Positions 20,729 to 28,734 of a stretch of DNA of 37,664 nucleotides are shown here, in pieces (within the stretch, counting starts at the first letter, position 1; each line of letters opens with the position of its first letter). Source of the stretch: a virus; UHGV virus genome UHGV-0120097; one strand, 5' to 3'. The notes below the pieces were generated by a model that saw nothing but the letters and a program-made list of their open reading frames with translations, was not told the origin of the DNA and did no database searches. The translations under genes and the position numbers were made by a program.

Positions 20729-21124
20729 ATGAGTAATCTAAATACTAGGATTGCTACATTAGAGGGCAAAGCTGCAACTACTCCAATAACTATGAAAGGA
20801 TTAGCTGATAGATTAGCTCAGGTGGAAGCTACTGCTAAAGATTGGGCTGTAGTTACACTAACAGGCACACAAACATCCCGATGGGCTATCCCTACGCAAT
20901 ATTTAAATGGATATAATTTTTATGTTGTTGGTTGGAGCGGGTTAAAAATGGGATCTTATTATGAACAAGAATATAGTAATAATAGAATAAACCATTATGT
21001 TACGAACGATGGGAGATATCGTTTTATCTATAAATTTGAAAGAAATGGTAATTATATACTATCTGTTAAAGAACAAAGTTCAAATCCTGTAATTGATAAT
21101 ATTACAGTAATGTTTTATAAATAA
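20729..21124 (+). CDS. small fibre-associated protein, paralog B (131 aa); no SD
   Basis: N-terminal module shared with the 19512 gene, with 43 nt identical. There is no recognisable RBS upstream of the ATG. Confidence 0.45.
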   Translation: MSNLNTRIATLEGKAATTPITMKGLADRLAQVEATAKDWAVVTLTGTQTSRWAIPTQYLNGYNFYVVGWSGLKMGSYYEQEYSNNRINHYVTNDGRYRFIYKFERNGNYILSVKEQSSNPVIDNITVMFYK

Positions 21125-21138
21125 GGAGTTGATAAATA

Positions 21139-21576
21139 ATGCAAACATCAGACAAAGGAATAGAATTCCTAATCAAAGAAGAAGGGGGAATAAGATTAAA
21201 AGCATATAAATGTCAAGCTGGCATCTTAACAATAGGAGTAGGTCACACTGGAAAAGATGTCAAAGAGGGAATGGAGATTACAGAGGAAAAAGCAATTGAG
21301 CTTTTAAAACTCGATTTAAGACGTTTTGAAGATGTAGTCAATAAAAATATCAATGTAACTTTAAAGCAACATGAATTTGACGCACTCATAAGCTTAGCTT
21401 TTAACATAGGGTGTGCAGCTTTCTCAAATTCAACCGTAGTTAAGAAAATAAATACGGGGGCAAAAATGTGCGAGGTAGAAGAAGCTTGGAAGATGTGGAG
21501 AAAAGGTGGAGGAAAAGTATTACCTATACTTGTAAGAAGAAGAGAAAGAGAAGTTAAGATGTATAAAGGAGAATGA
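21139..21576 (+). CDS. endolysin, GH24 (T4-lysozyme-like) muramidase
   Basis: GIEFLIKEEGGIRLKAYKCQAGILTIGVGHTG (catalytic Glu/Asp/Thr region) and EFDALISLAFNIG. Tandem stops TGA TAA. Confidence 0.85.
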   Translation: MQTSDKGIEFLIKEEGGIRLKAYKCQAGILTIGVGHTGKDVKEGMEITEEKAIELLKLDLRRFEDVVNKNINVTLKQHEFDALISLAFNIGCAAFSNSTVVKKINTGAKMCEVEEAWKMWRKGGGKVLPILVRRREREVKMYKGE

Positions 21577-21580
21577 TAAT

Positions 21581-21832
21581 TTGAATATTATAAATTCACT
21601 AATAGGAGTTCTAAAAGATACTCTAGGTATAATCTTTAAAAGGACTAGAAATGCCGAGGTAGACCAAGAGATAGAAAAGCAAAAACTAACAAGTTTTAAC
21701 TATTACCTTGGTACTGCCTTTATGATAATACTTTTATTGCTTATATTAGATAATATCTTAAATTTACAAATAACACCTTGGTTTTACAACATTTTCGAAA
21801 AGATACTAGACTATATGATAGGAGGAAATTAA
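21581..21832 (+). CDS. small membrane protein in the lysis cassette (TTG start)
   Basis: 83 aa with one hydrophobic helix (TAFMIILLLLILDNIL). Confidence 0.4.
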   Translation: MNIINSLIGVLKDTLGIIFKRTRNAEVDQEIEKQKLTSFNYYLGTAFMIILLLLILDNILNLQITPWFYNIFEKILDYMIGGN

Positions 21833-22287
21833 TGGGAGATTTTACTAGAATAGCAACAGATTTCTTTTGGTTGTTGGTTGATGTAATAAAAATTTTAAGT
21901 AATTGTGTAGCAATAGGAATAGGAAGTTTAGTAGCCTTTATCTTTATGATTACAGGTGGGCAAGATGAAGCTTTAAGAATATTACTTATACTTATGGCAG
22001 TTGATTATATATCTGGAGTTATCAAAGCTTATATTACTTGTACTGCTAATAGTAAACTAGGTATAATAGGAATGTTAAAAAAGGTTATGATAATTCTAGT
22101 TATAGTATTAGCTTATCATCTGGACATACTACTTGGTAGTAAATTAGGAATAAAGACTTTAACAATAGGAGTTTTTATTTCAAATGAGGGACTTTCTATA
22201 TTAGAAAATGCAAGTATCTGTGGAGTACCCATTCCAGAGAAAATAAAAAAAGTATTAGTTCAATATCAAGAGTATAAGAAAAAATAA
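21833..22287 (+). CDS. holin, TcdE / phage_holin_4 family
   Basis: Multiple TM segments. C-terminal ILENASICGVPIPEKIKKVL resembles the TcdE/holin-4 signature. ATG at 21833. Confidence 0.7.
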
Positions 22288-22331
22288 AATGTGAGCTTAT
22301 GAGCCTTAGAATAGGGTAGGTCAAAACAAAA

Positions 22332-22360
22332 AGAGAGGTAAATATATACCTCTCTTTTTT
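22332..22360. terminator. bidirectional rho-independent terminator between convergent operons
   Basis: AGAGAGGTA-aatata-TACCTCTCT, flanked by an A-run on one side and a T-run on the other. Confidence 0.65.
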
Positions 22361-22388
22361 AAACCTCTTAAAAACGATTTTAAAGGCT

Positions 22389-22646
22389 CTATTTTAATTT
22401 TAAATCAACCTTAAAATCAATTAAGTCAAAATAAAATATTTTATCTGTACTGTAATAACTTTCTGTATTTGCTTGGAACTCATCTAATTTTAAAGTAATA
22501 TCTCCAACAATAATTTTATATCCATCTTGTATGTCTATAATATCTAAAACTTCTACATCATTTTTAAAATATGTTATCAACCCATTTGTTATAGTTATAC
22601 TTTGAATATTTTCTCTATTTCCTTTTAATAAATCCTTTAATTTCAT
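22389..22646 (-). CDS. hypothetical protein
   Basis: 85-aa ORF, last gene of the minus-strand operon. Confidence 0.4.
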   Translation of the reverse strand: MKLKDLLKGNRENIQSITITNGLITYFKNDVEVLDIIDIQDGYKIIVGDITLKLDEFQANTESYYSTDKIFYFDLIDFKVDLKLK

Positions 22647-23311
22647 TAGCTCAACCCCTTTATCTTTTCTTTTAGTTCAGCCTTAACAGTTTTCAACTCT
22701 TTCAACTCTTCCTCTAATTTTCTGATTTTCGCCTCTACCTCCGATAGTCTGGATACCAGCTTATCTTTTTCAGATTCCTCTACTATCTCGGCATCTTCTA
22801 TTTCGAGCATGCTCGAAATAGCTTTCCTTATTTCTTTATCTGTTCTTATTCCAGAAGATAAAATATTCTCAAGTATTCTTACATTAACCTTTTTATTCAC
22901 TAAAGCTTTTACTTCTCTGTCTGAAAAATCTGAAATTAAATTGTTGTATTGTGGATAGCTTAAAGATAACTTATATCTCCCTCTAAGTAGTGATACTTGG
23001 TCTTTATTAAATCCTAAAGCTTGGTACCACTCCATATATGAACTTGGATTTTCAGAGTATCTATCAAATAGTTTTCTTGCCTCTTCCAAGTTTTGACCTA
23101 TTTGTAGTGCTAAAGAAGAGATATTTTCTTTTTTAGTGATAATACTTTTCTCAAATATAATTAATTGATTTTTATCATCATCTGAAAAATTTTCCAATTT
23201 GTTATAATCATATTTCAATATATCTTCTATATCATTTTTTTCTGGAATAATTACTTCTGTATTTTCTTTCTTTTTTAAAATTATAGGTTTTCTATTTATT
23301 TTTATTGCCAT
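22646..23311 (-). CDS. putative partition protein (ParB/centromere-binding partner of ParA)
   Basis: Lies immediately downstream of ParA and overlaps it by 10 nt. Charged coiled-coil C-terminus. No clear ParB box seen. Confidence 0.4.
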   Translation of the reverse strand: MAIKINRKPIILKKKENTEVIIPEKNDIEDILKYDYNKLENFSDDDKNQLIIFEKSIITKKENISSLALQIGQNLEEARKLFDRYSENPSSYMEWYQALGFNKDQVSLLRGRYKLSLSYPQYNNLISDFSDREVKALVNKKVNVRILENILSSGIRTDKEIRKAISSMLEIEDAEIVEESEKDKLVSRLSEVEAKIRKLEEELKELKTVKAELKEKIKGLS

Positions 23312-24060
23312 TTATTTAACAACTCCTTTGTAAGAGCTTTAAAATCCTTAGCCCCATTTGATGTAGAACTATATTCTATTATAAAATGTCCTGTCTGTGA
23401 GGCTTTAAATATTTTAAGATTATCTCTTATAGGAGTATCTAATATGTTATCAAAAGAATTTCTGACATCTTCAGTGGCTTCTAATATCTCTTTGTCATTT
23501 TGTAGCCTATTGATATAACCAAAATGAATGAATGGAGTGTTTAAATCCTTTTTAAGAGCTTGTATAAAGTTCTCTAATAATTCAAATCCTCTAAAACTAA
23601 ATAGATGAGCTTCAACAGGAGTGATAACATAATTACTGCACTTTAACACAGCCCTTTCTATTGCTCTCATATCTGGTCTACAATCTATAATTATATAGTC
23701 ATATTCTTGAAGTTGCTCTAGTCCCTTTTTTAAATCTAGGTAAATCATTTCCATATCAACACTGTCTTTTTTATATTCCAAGTCCTTTAAATTAAGACTT
23801 GCAGGTATTAAATCTAATATATGTTTTCCATCTCTTTCAATAGGAATTATATTTCCTTTTAAATCTTTCTCTTTTATAGCTCTAAAGATATTTTTTTCTT
23901 GGTCTGCTTCTATTAAACTTTCAGTTAGATTTTGTTGAAAGTCACAATCAATAAGCAAAACTTTTTTATTATGAACTAGAGATAGTACCCCAGCAACTTC
24001 TCTGGCACCAGTAGTCTTACCAGTGCCACCTTTTTCTGTTATGAATGATATTATTTTCAT
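23302..24060 (-). CDS. parA: ParA/Soj-family partition ATPase
   Basis: Deviant Walker A KGGTGKTT at the N-terminus (MKIISFITEKGGTGKTT). SD ataggggggtaaaATG. Confidence 0.8.
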   Translation of the reverse strand: MKIISFITEKGGTGKTTGAREVAGVLSLVHNKKVLLIDCDFQQNLTESLIEADQEKNIFRAIKEKDLKGNIIPIERDGKHILDLIPASLNLKDLEYKKDSVDMEMIYLDLKKGLEQLQEYDYIIIDCRPDMRAIERAVLKCSNYVITPVEAHLFSFRGFELLENFIQALKKDLNTPFIHFGYINRLQNDKEILEATEDVRNSFDNILDTPIRDNLKIFKASQTGHFIIEYSSTSNGAKDFKALTKELLNKWQ

Positions 24061-24069
24061 TTTACCCCC

Positions 24070-25194
24070 CTATATTAAATCCTTATATTTTTTTATATAC
24101 TCTCTTACTTCCTCTGGTTCATAACCAAAATCCTCTCCAGTAGCTTGATATATTTTCATAGCATTTTGATATTCTTCATTAGTTAGTGGAGTTGTTTTTT
24201 TCTTGACTACTGGCTCTTCAACTTCTTTTATTTTTTCTGCTTCCTTAGTTCTTCTTATAACTATTTTTCTTTTAGGTTTATTGATATTGTCCTCTATGAC
24301 TTTTACTAGGTAATTAAGACTTGTAAATTCTGTTTTAATTAAATCATAAGCAGCTTTCAATCCTTTTTCTAATTGTTCTTGGCTAAATTTATCTAAAAGT
24401 TTTATTATATTATCATCAGTCAAGAAAGGTTTTACAAATCTATTTTTCTCTGCTTTCTCAATAGCTGATAATAGCTCTTCTGAAATCTCTATTTCCTCTT
24501 CCTCTTCTATTGTTTCATCAACCTTGTTATCTTTCCAAGTAAACTCAAACCCACTTATAAATTTACCATCTTTTATTTTTTTTACTTTCAAACCTTCAAA
24601 ATATTGTGGTAACTCTTTCATAATAGGAGGCAATACTCTTTTGTTTATAACTGCTGTATCATAGCTTTCTGGAACTCCTAATTCTCTTCTGAAATCTTCA
24701 AGAGTTATAGTTACTTTTTTTATTTTATTCCACTTTTTCAAAATAGAATACATTAGTTGTGAATATCCAGATTTTAAATTAGAATATTCTATCAAAGCTT
24801 GAATTGTATAAGGAGCTTGTAAATGATTTAGCAAATATTTATAGTCTGGATTTATTCTTATTCTAACTGTTTTCTCTTTCTCATCTACTGAAAAGGTTGG
24901 AAACAAGACCATATTTGTAAATCCTTCATCTTTTCTTATTTGCATAACTTGTAATCTTAAAAGCTTATCACTTAATTCTTTTAAAAAGCTATAAATATTA
25001 TCTCCTTTTTTTCTTGCAGAATAATTTGCAATTTTTGAAATCTCTGAAACTTTAAAAGTTACAACTTCATCTTCCTGTTCCATAATCTTTAAACAAAGAG
25101 CTAAAAAAACTGCTCTTTCTTTTACTGAATAATTTTGTAATTGGAGATTATGGAAATCTTTATGATGTATTAGATTATATTTTTCTTGACTCAT
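24070..25194 (-). CDS. rep: Rep_3-family plasmid replication initiator
   Basis: Segments TIQALIEYSNLKSGYSQLMYSILKKW and ITLEDFRRELGVPESYDTAVINKRVLPPIMKEL match the Rep_3 initiator signature. An iteron array lies immediately upstream. Confidence 0.7.
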   Translation of the reverse strand: MSQEKYNLIHHKDFHNLQLQNYSVKERAVFLALCLKIMEQEDEVVTFKVSEISKIANYSARKKGDNIYSFLKELSDKLLRLQVMQIRKDEGFTNMVLFPTFSVDEKEKTVRIRINPDYKYLLNHLQAPYTIQALIEYSNLKSGYSQLMYSILKKWNKIKKVTITLEDFRRELGVPESYDTAVINKRVLPPIMKELPQYFEGLKVKKIKDGKFISGFEFTWKDNKVDETIEEEEEIEISEELLSAIEKAEKNRFVKPFLTDDNIIKLLDKFSQEQLEKGLKAAYDLIKTEFTSLNYLVKVIEDNINKPKRKIVIRRTKEAEKIKEVEEPVVKKKTTPLTNEEYQNAMKIYQATGEDFGYEPEEVREYIKKYKDLI

Positions 25195-25260
25195 ATATTC
25201 CCTCCAAAAATTTCACTAATTTTAGTATAACTTAATCAAAGGTACAATGTCAATATATAT

Positions 25261-25530
25261 GTACCTTTATTTTCTGGATTTTGTACCTTTATCTTTTTAA
25301 AATACTCTTTAAATCCTATTTACACTAGGTTTTTAACTATTATATAAATTTATAATAAAGGTACATCATTCTAATAAATGTCGTTAAAAGCACATTATAA
25401 AATATTTCGTACCTTTATAATTGGATTTTGTACCTCTATAATTGGATTTTGTACCTTTGAAAGTTGGATTTTGTACCTTTGTTTTCTGGATTTTGTACCT
25501 TTGAAAGTTGGATTTTGTACCTTTATCTTT
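25261..25530. repeat. iteron array (GGATTTTGTACCT, about 22-bp period, at least 5 tandem copies plus 2 more)
   Basis: Tandem copies start at 25423, 25443, 25465, 25487 and 25509. Additional copies lie at 25276 and partials near 25261 and 25408. Confidence 0.75.
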
Positions 25531-25844
25531 TTATAAAATGGCTTTTTTTCTAGCTTTTAAAGGTGCCGAAATATATAAAAGAATAAAAGAATAAAGATTC
25601 TTCTTAAAGGAGTGAGAAAGAATATATTTTTAAAATAAAAATAACTGACAAAACTTCACACTATAAAAACCAATAAAAATAAATACTCAAAAATTACTTT
25701 GACAAAATTTCACAGTATTATAATTTCTAAAAATATATTGACTTATATCAAAAAGTATATTATCCTCCTGTATCCAAATTTTTAACCCCATATAAGATGC
25801 TTTTTTTTAACATCATATGTTATTCGAGATTCTTTAATAAAAGT

Positions 25845-25873
25845 GGCAGGAATAAACCTGCCATTTTTATTTT
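25845..25873. terminator. bidirectional hairpin terminator
   Basis: GGCAGG-aataaa-CCTGCC followed by ATTTTTATTTT on the plus strand. Read in the minus direction the hairpin is followed by CUUUUAUU, directly downstream of the stop of the 25872 gene. Confidence 0.5.
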
Positions 25874-26495
25874 ATGCAGTTTTTAAACTTCTTAAAGTTG
25901 CTTTTAAATAGTTCAATTCTTTTTTACTTGCTGTGTAGATATTAAATTCAAATCTACCATTTTCCTTAACTAAGTATATAGCCTTGTCTATATCCTCTTT
26001 AGAGTATTTTTTATTTATAACTTCTATAAATTTAGCCCTCTCTTCTGGTGTAATTTGCTCTTCAACTTCCTTAACCTCTTTATCTTCTTTGGATTCCTTA
26101 TACTTTTCCAAATCCTCTCCAGTGTATAATGATAGTCCTATACCAAACATTGCTATATTTTTTACAAGACATCTCATTATACTGTCATTTATATCTCTAC
26201 TGTTAGGTTTGCTTATAGAATTATGTCTATTGTCCATGATAGGTAACATCATTTTTTTAGTTACTCCAAACATAGTAACAGTAGTTTTTACAAAGTGACA
26301 ATCCCCTCTTGAGAATAAAGGAAACCCCTCTAAATCTTCTAATATTTCATAACTCATTGATGGGTCTTGCTCCATAGCCATTTTGTAAGCATTAGCCCAG
26401 CTTATGTATGATAGTTTTCTTTTTCCTGTGTCTACTGTTTCTATCATACCTGTTAAATCTTTTAAATACATTTCTTGAAATTTTTCTTTAGTCAT
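25872..26495 (-). CDS. putative single-strand annealing protein (Sak/Rad52-like, DUF1071-type)
   Basis: KLSYISWANAYKMAMEQDPSMSYEI resembles the conserved core of the Sak-like SSAP family, and it sits next to a Gp157-like gene. The family call is from memory only. Confidence 0.4.
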   Translation of the reverse strand: MTKEKFQEMYLKDLTGMIETVDTGKRKLSYISWANAYKMAMEQDPSMSYEILEDLEGFPLFSRGDCHFVKTTVTMFGVTKKMMLPIMDNRHNSISKPNSRDINDSIMRCLVKNIAMFGIGLSLYTGEDLEKYKESKEDKEVKEVEEQITPEERAKFIEVINKKYSKEDIDKAIYLVKENGRFEFNIYTASKKELNYLKATLRSLKTA

Positions 26496-26513
26496 AAGAC
26501 CACCTCCATTTAA

Positions 26514-26557
26514 TTTTTAACAAGTCCCCCAAGTTCCTTGGGGAACCTATAAAAACT
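26514..26557 (-). repeat. 44-bp conserved element, copy A (7-3-7 palindrome CCCCAAG-TTC-CTTGGGG)
   Basis: Identical to copy C. Sits directly upstream of the RBS of the 26495 gene. Confidence 0.7.
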
Positions 26558-26560
26558 AAA

Positions 26561-27082
26561 TTATTTTATATATAAACTTGTACTTTGTTTAAGTTCTGCT
26601 CCTGGAACTTCTACCCCAGCCTTTAAAGCTTTTGAAATTTCAGTTTTTGAAATATCTTCAACATATTTTATTGTCTTAAATTCTGCAGGTATTTTGTCTT
26701 TGTCTATAAGCTCTACACTTGCAGGATTATTTTTTATTCCTATTATTCCAAAGATAGTATCTATTTTTTTTACTCCTATTCTTTCAAGAGTATATTTTAA
26801 AAAGTTTTTAAAATTTTTATCTTTATTCTCTAAAGATTTTTTTCTAGCTTCAAGCCTTTTTATTTCCTTGTCCAGCACTTCTATTTGTGCTTTATTATTT
26901 TGAAATACCTGTATAATTCTACCTGTTTTGCTGCTCAAATCTTGCTCTATTTCTTTTGTTAAAGCCTCTAAAGCTTCACACTCTTTTATCTCTCCTGTAT
27001 TCTCATCAATGGAATTTTCCCAAAGTTCATTTAATACTAATTTGTCCTCTAATAAATTCATTATATTTGCCATTAAAACCAC
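26561..27082 (-). CDS. siphovirus Gp157-like protein
   Basis: Coiled-coil centre; C-terminal ...KTEISKALKAGVEVPGAELKQSTSLYIK is typical of Gp157-family proteins found beside phage recombinases. Confidence 0.5.
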   Translation of the reverse strand: MVLMANIMNLLEDKLVLNELWENSIDENTGEIKECEALEALTKEIEQDLSSKTGRIIQVFQNNKAQIEVLDKEIKRLEARKKSLENKDKNFKNFLKYTLERIGVKKIDTIFGIIGIKNNPASVELIDKDKIPAEFKTIKYVEDISKTEISKALKAGVEVPGAELKQSTSLYIK

Positions 27083-27210
27083 TCCTCAATATTTAAAAGT
27101 TCTAAAAATTCTCTAAGCTCTTTTTCTGTCATATCTGCTGCAGCTTCTCTAACTTCTTCTAGTTCCTCATCAAAGTAATTATCAAGTCTTTCTAATCTAA
27201 CATAAGTCAT
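27073..27210 (-). CDS. small hypothetical protein (45 aa; start re-assigned)
   Basis: ATG at 27210 with SD ggaggtgg (MTYVRLERL...). The longer track ORF (to 27321) would read through repeat element B. Confidence 0.35.
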   Translation of the reverse strand: MTYVRLERLDNYFDEELEEVREAAADMTEKELREFLELLNIEEWF

Positions 27211-27230
27211 AAAGACCACCTCCAATTTAA

Positions 27231-27274
27231 TTTTTAATAAGTACCCCAAGGCTCTTGGGGAACCTATAAAAACT
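27231..27274 (-). repeat. 44-bp conserved element, copy B (CCCCAAG-GCT-CTTGGGG)
   Basis: Stem conserved and loop changed. Homology extends through the RBS and the first codons of the downstream gene (about 80 bp shared with copy A). Confidence 0.7.
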
Positions 27275-27277
27275 AAA

Positions 27278-27523
27278 TTATTTATCAAAAACATTTTCAA
27301 GCATTTTGAAAAAGTCATCAATTTCTTTTTCTACTTTTTCATCTGCTACCCTAAAGCTATTAAAATCTAATTTTTTCTCATAACTTACTGGTTTTTCTCC
27401 TACATATCCAGCAACTATGTTTTTTTTAAGTTCTCCACTAAAGAAAACTATATTGTTTTTTATCTCCCAAGCTAAATTTTTAATACTGTATTTTTCTTTT
27501 AAATTCTCCATTACTGCTAACAT
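27278..27523 (-). CDS. hypothetical protein
   Basis: 81-aa ORF with SD. Confidence 0.45.
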   Translation of the reverse strand: MLAVMENLKEKYSIKNLAWEIKNNIVFFSGELKKNIVAGYVGEKPVSYEKKLDFNSFRVADEKVEKEIDDFFKMLENVFDK

Positions 27524-27590
27524 TCTAATTCCCCCTACATTTTGCTATATTTAATTTTGAATTTTAATATATGTTTTATCCAAGCTATCA

Positions 27591-27866
27591 TTAATATCTA
27601 ACCCCTTGGACTGCCCAGTAAGCTGCTTCTCTGTCTTGCTCTTCTCTTTTTTTATCTTGGAAAGCTTCTTCAACTTCTTTTTCCCATTCTTCTAAAAACT
27701 CCATCATACTATCCATATCTACCTGGAACTTAACTTCTTTTTTACCAAGTCCAGAAAATACCATAAAATCTCCTGTCTTTGAGTTATAATTGTAAGAATC
27801 AATTAGTCCATCATCTTGTAATTGTTGCATTGTTTCAAATCCTTCTAATAATTCTTTATCTAACAT
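27591..27866 (-). CDS. hypothetical protein
   Basis: 91-aa acidic ORF. Confidence 0.45.
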   Translation of the reverse strand: MLDKELLEGFETMQQLQDDGLIDSYNYNSKTGDFMVFSGLGKKEVKFQVDMDSMMEFLEEWEKEVEEAFQDKKREEQDREAAYWAVQGVRY

Positions 27867-27869
27867 AGT

Positions 27870-28046
27870 TTTCCCTCCTCTTGACTATTAAGTGCTAAAT
27901 TTGCTATTGCTTCAGATACTGTTAAACCATATCCATGAAACTCTCCAGCATTTACTATATAAAATTTTTTAAATCTTCTTACTGTAAGAACTCCCCATTT
28001 CTCATTGATATATTTTAAGAACATCACATCTTGTGACATATTGCCA
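27870..28046 (-). CDS. small hypothetical protein (58 aa; below the track cutoff)
   Basis: ATG at 28046 after aaaggggggtggcaat, reading MSQDVMFLKYINEKWGVLTV.... Its stop overlaps the start of the 27866 gene. Confidence 0.3.
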
Positions 28047-28057
28047 CCCCCCTTTAA

Positions 28058-28101
28058 GTTTTTAACAAGTCCCCCAAGTTCCTTGGGGAACCTATAAAAA
28101 C
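28058..28101 (-). repeat. 44-bp conserved element, copy C
   Basis: Upstream of the RBS of the 28046 micro-ORF. Confidence 0.7.
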
Positions 28102-28105
28102 TTAA

Positions 28106-28447
28106 CTATGCTATCGCTTGTAGGTTGCTTCCTTGTACTCTTTGCCAACCATATTTTTGTTTTAACTCTTCATAATCTCCCTTGAATGTTCCTTTTCCTT
28201 TTTTCTCTCCAAAGTACCATTTTTTTCTTTTAGCACTCCATCTAAAACCAAGTTCTTTTAACTGTTCCTTGTATAAGAAAGTATTACCAGATACCCATAT
28301 CCAAGAGCCTACAACATCAATCTCTAAACCATGGAAATGTATTATTTTCTTTAGTATCTCCATAACCTCTGGAGCTATCTCTTCCCCTGCTTCCCTTGCT
28401 TGTTGTTTAAATCCCTCAAGTTGTATTCTTTCATACTCTGCCATCAT
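28106..28447 (-). CDS. hypothetical protein
   Basis: 113-aa ORF. Confidence 0.45.
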   Translation of the reverse strand: MMAEYERIQLEGFKQQAREAGEEIAPEVMEILKKIIHFHGLEIDVVGSWIWVSGNTFLYKEQLKELGFRWSAKRKKWYFGEKKGKGTFKGDYEELKQKYGWQRVQGSNLQAIA

Positions 28448-28607
28448 CTCTTTGAAGTCCTCTTCGTTTCCACCATGGTCTGGGTGTAATCTCTTACATA
28501 ATTCTCTATATTGTTTTTTAAATCCTCGTTACTGTTAAAGTATTTATACATATTACCAACTCCTTATATTTTCTACTTGCTTTTATGTTTTTTGTGGTTT
28601 ATAATGC

Positions 28608-28668
28608 AAGTAAATAACTTGTATATTTGACTATATAATACAAGTAATTTACTTGCTTGTCAAGTAAA
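28608..28668. promoter_or_regulatory. operator cluster of the lysogeny switch (half-site CAAGTAA/TTACTTG)
   Basis: CAAGTAAATAACTTG at 28608-28622 and CAAGTAATTTACTTG at 28641-28655, plus a half-site TGTCAAGTAAA overlapping the -35 of the CI promoter. Confidence 0.5.
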
Positions 28669-28685
28669 AATTTTTATTTTATAAT
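28657..28685 (+). promoter_or_regulatory. CI promoter (TTGTCA-17-TATAAT)
   Basis: TTGTCA at 28657-28662, a 17-nt spacer, TATAAT at 28680-28685. Confidence 0.5.
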
Positions 28686-28734
28686 AAAATTACAAGTTAA
28701 TTAGTTGCAAAACTAGAAAGGACAAGGTTTTTAT

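Noticed and set aside
19512-21124. Diversity-generating retroelement or shufflon explanation for the paralog pair
   Set aside because: There is no reverse transcriptase and no template repeat. The repeats are direct, not inverted, and the serine recombinase is 15 kb away, so inversion-based switching is unsupported.
21574-21579. Tandem stop TGA-TAA after the endolysin as evidence of stop-codon recoding
   Set aside because: TGA is used as the sole stop of several other confident genes (MazG, the 2502 gene, the portal C-terminus), so the element uses the standard code. The tandem stop is simply redundancy.
25261-25530. Iteron array considered as a CRISPR array
   Set aside because: The unit is about 22 bp and the spacers are only 7-9 bp and similar to each other. 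It lies directly upstream of a Rep initiator, so these are plasmid iterons, not CRISPR.
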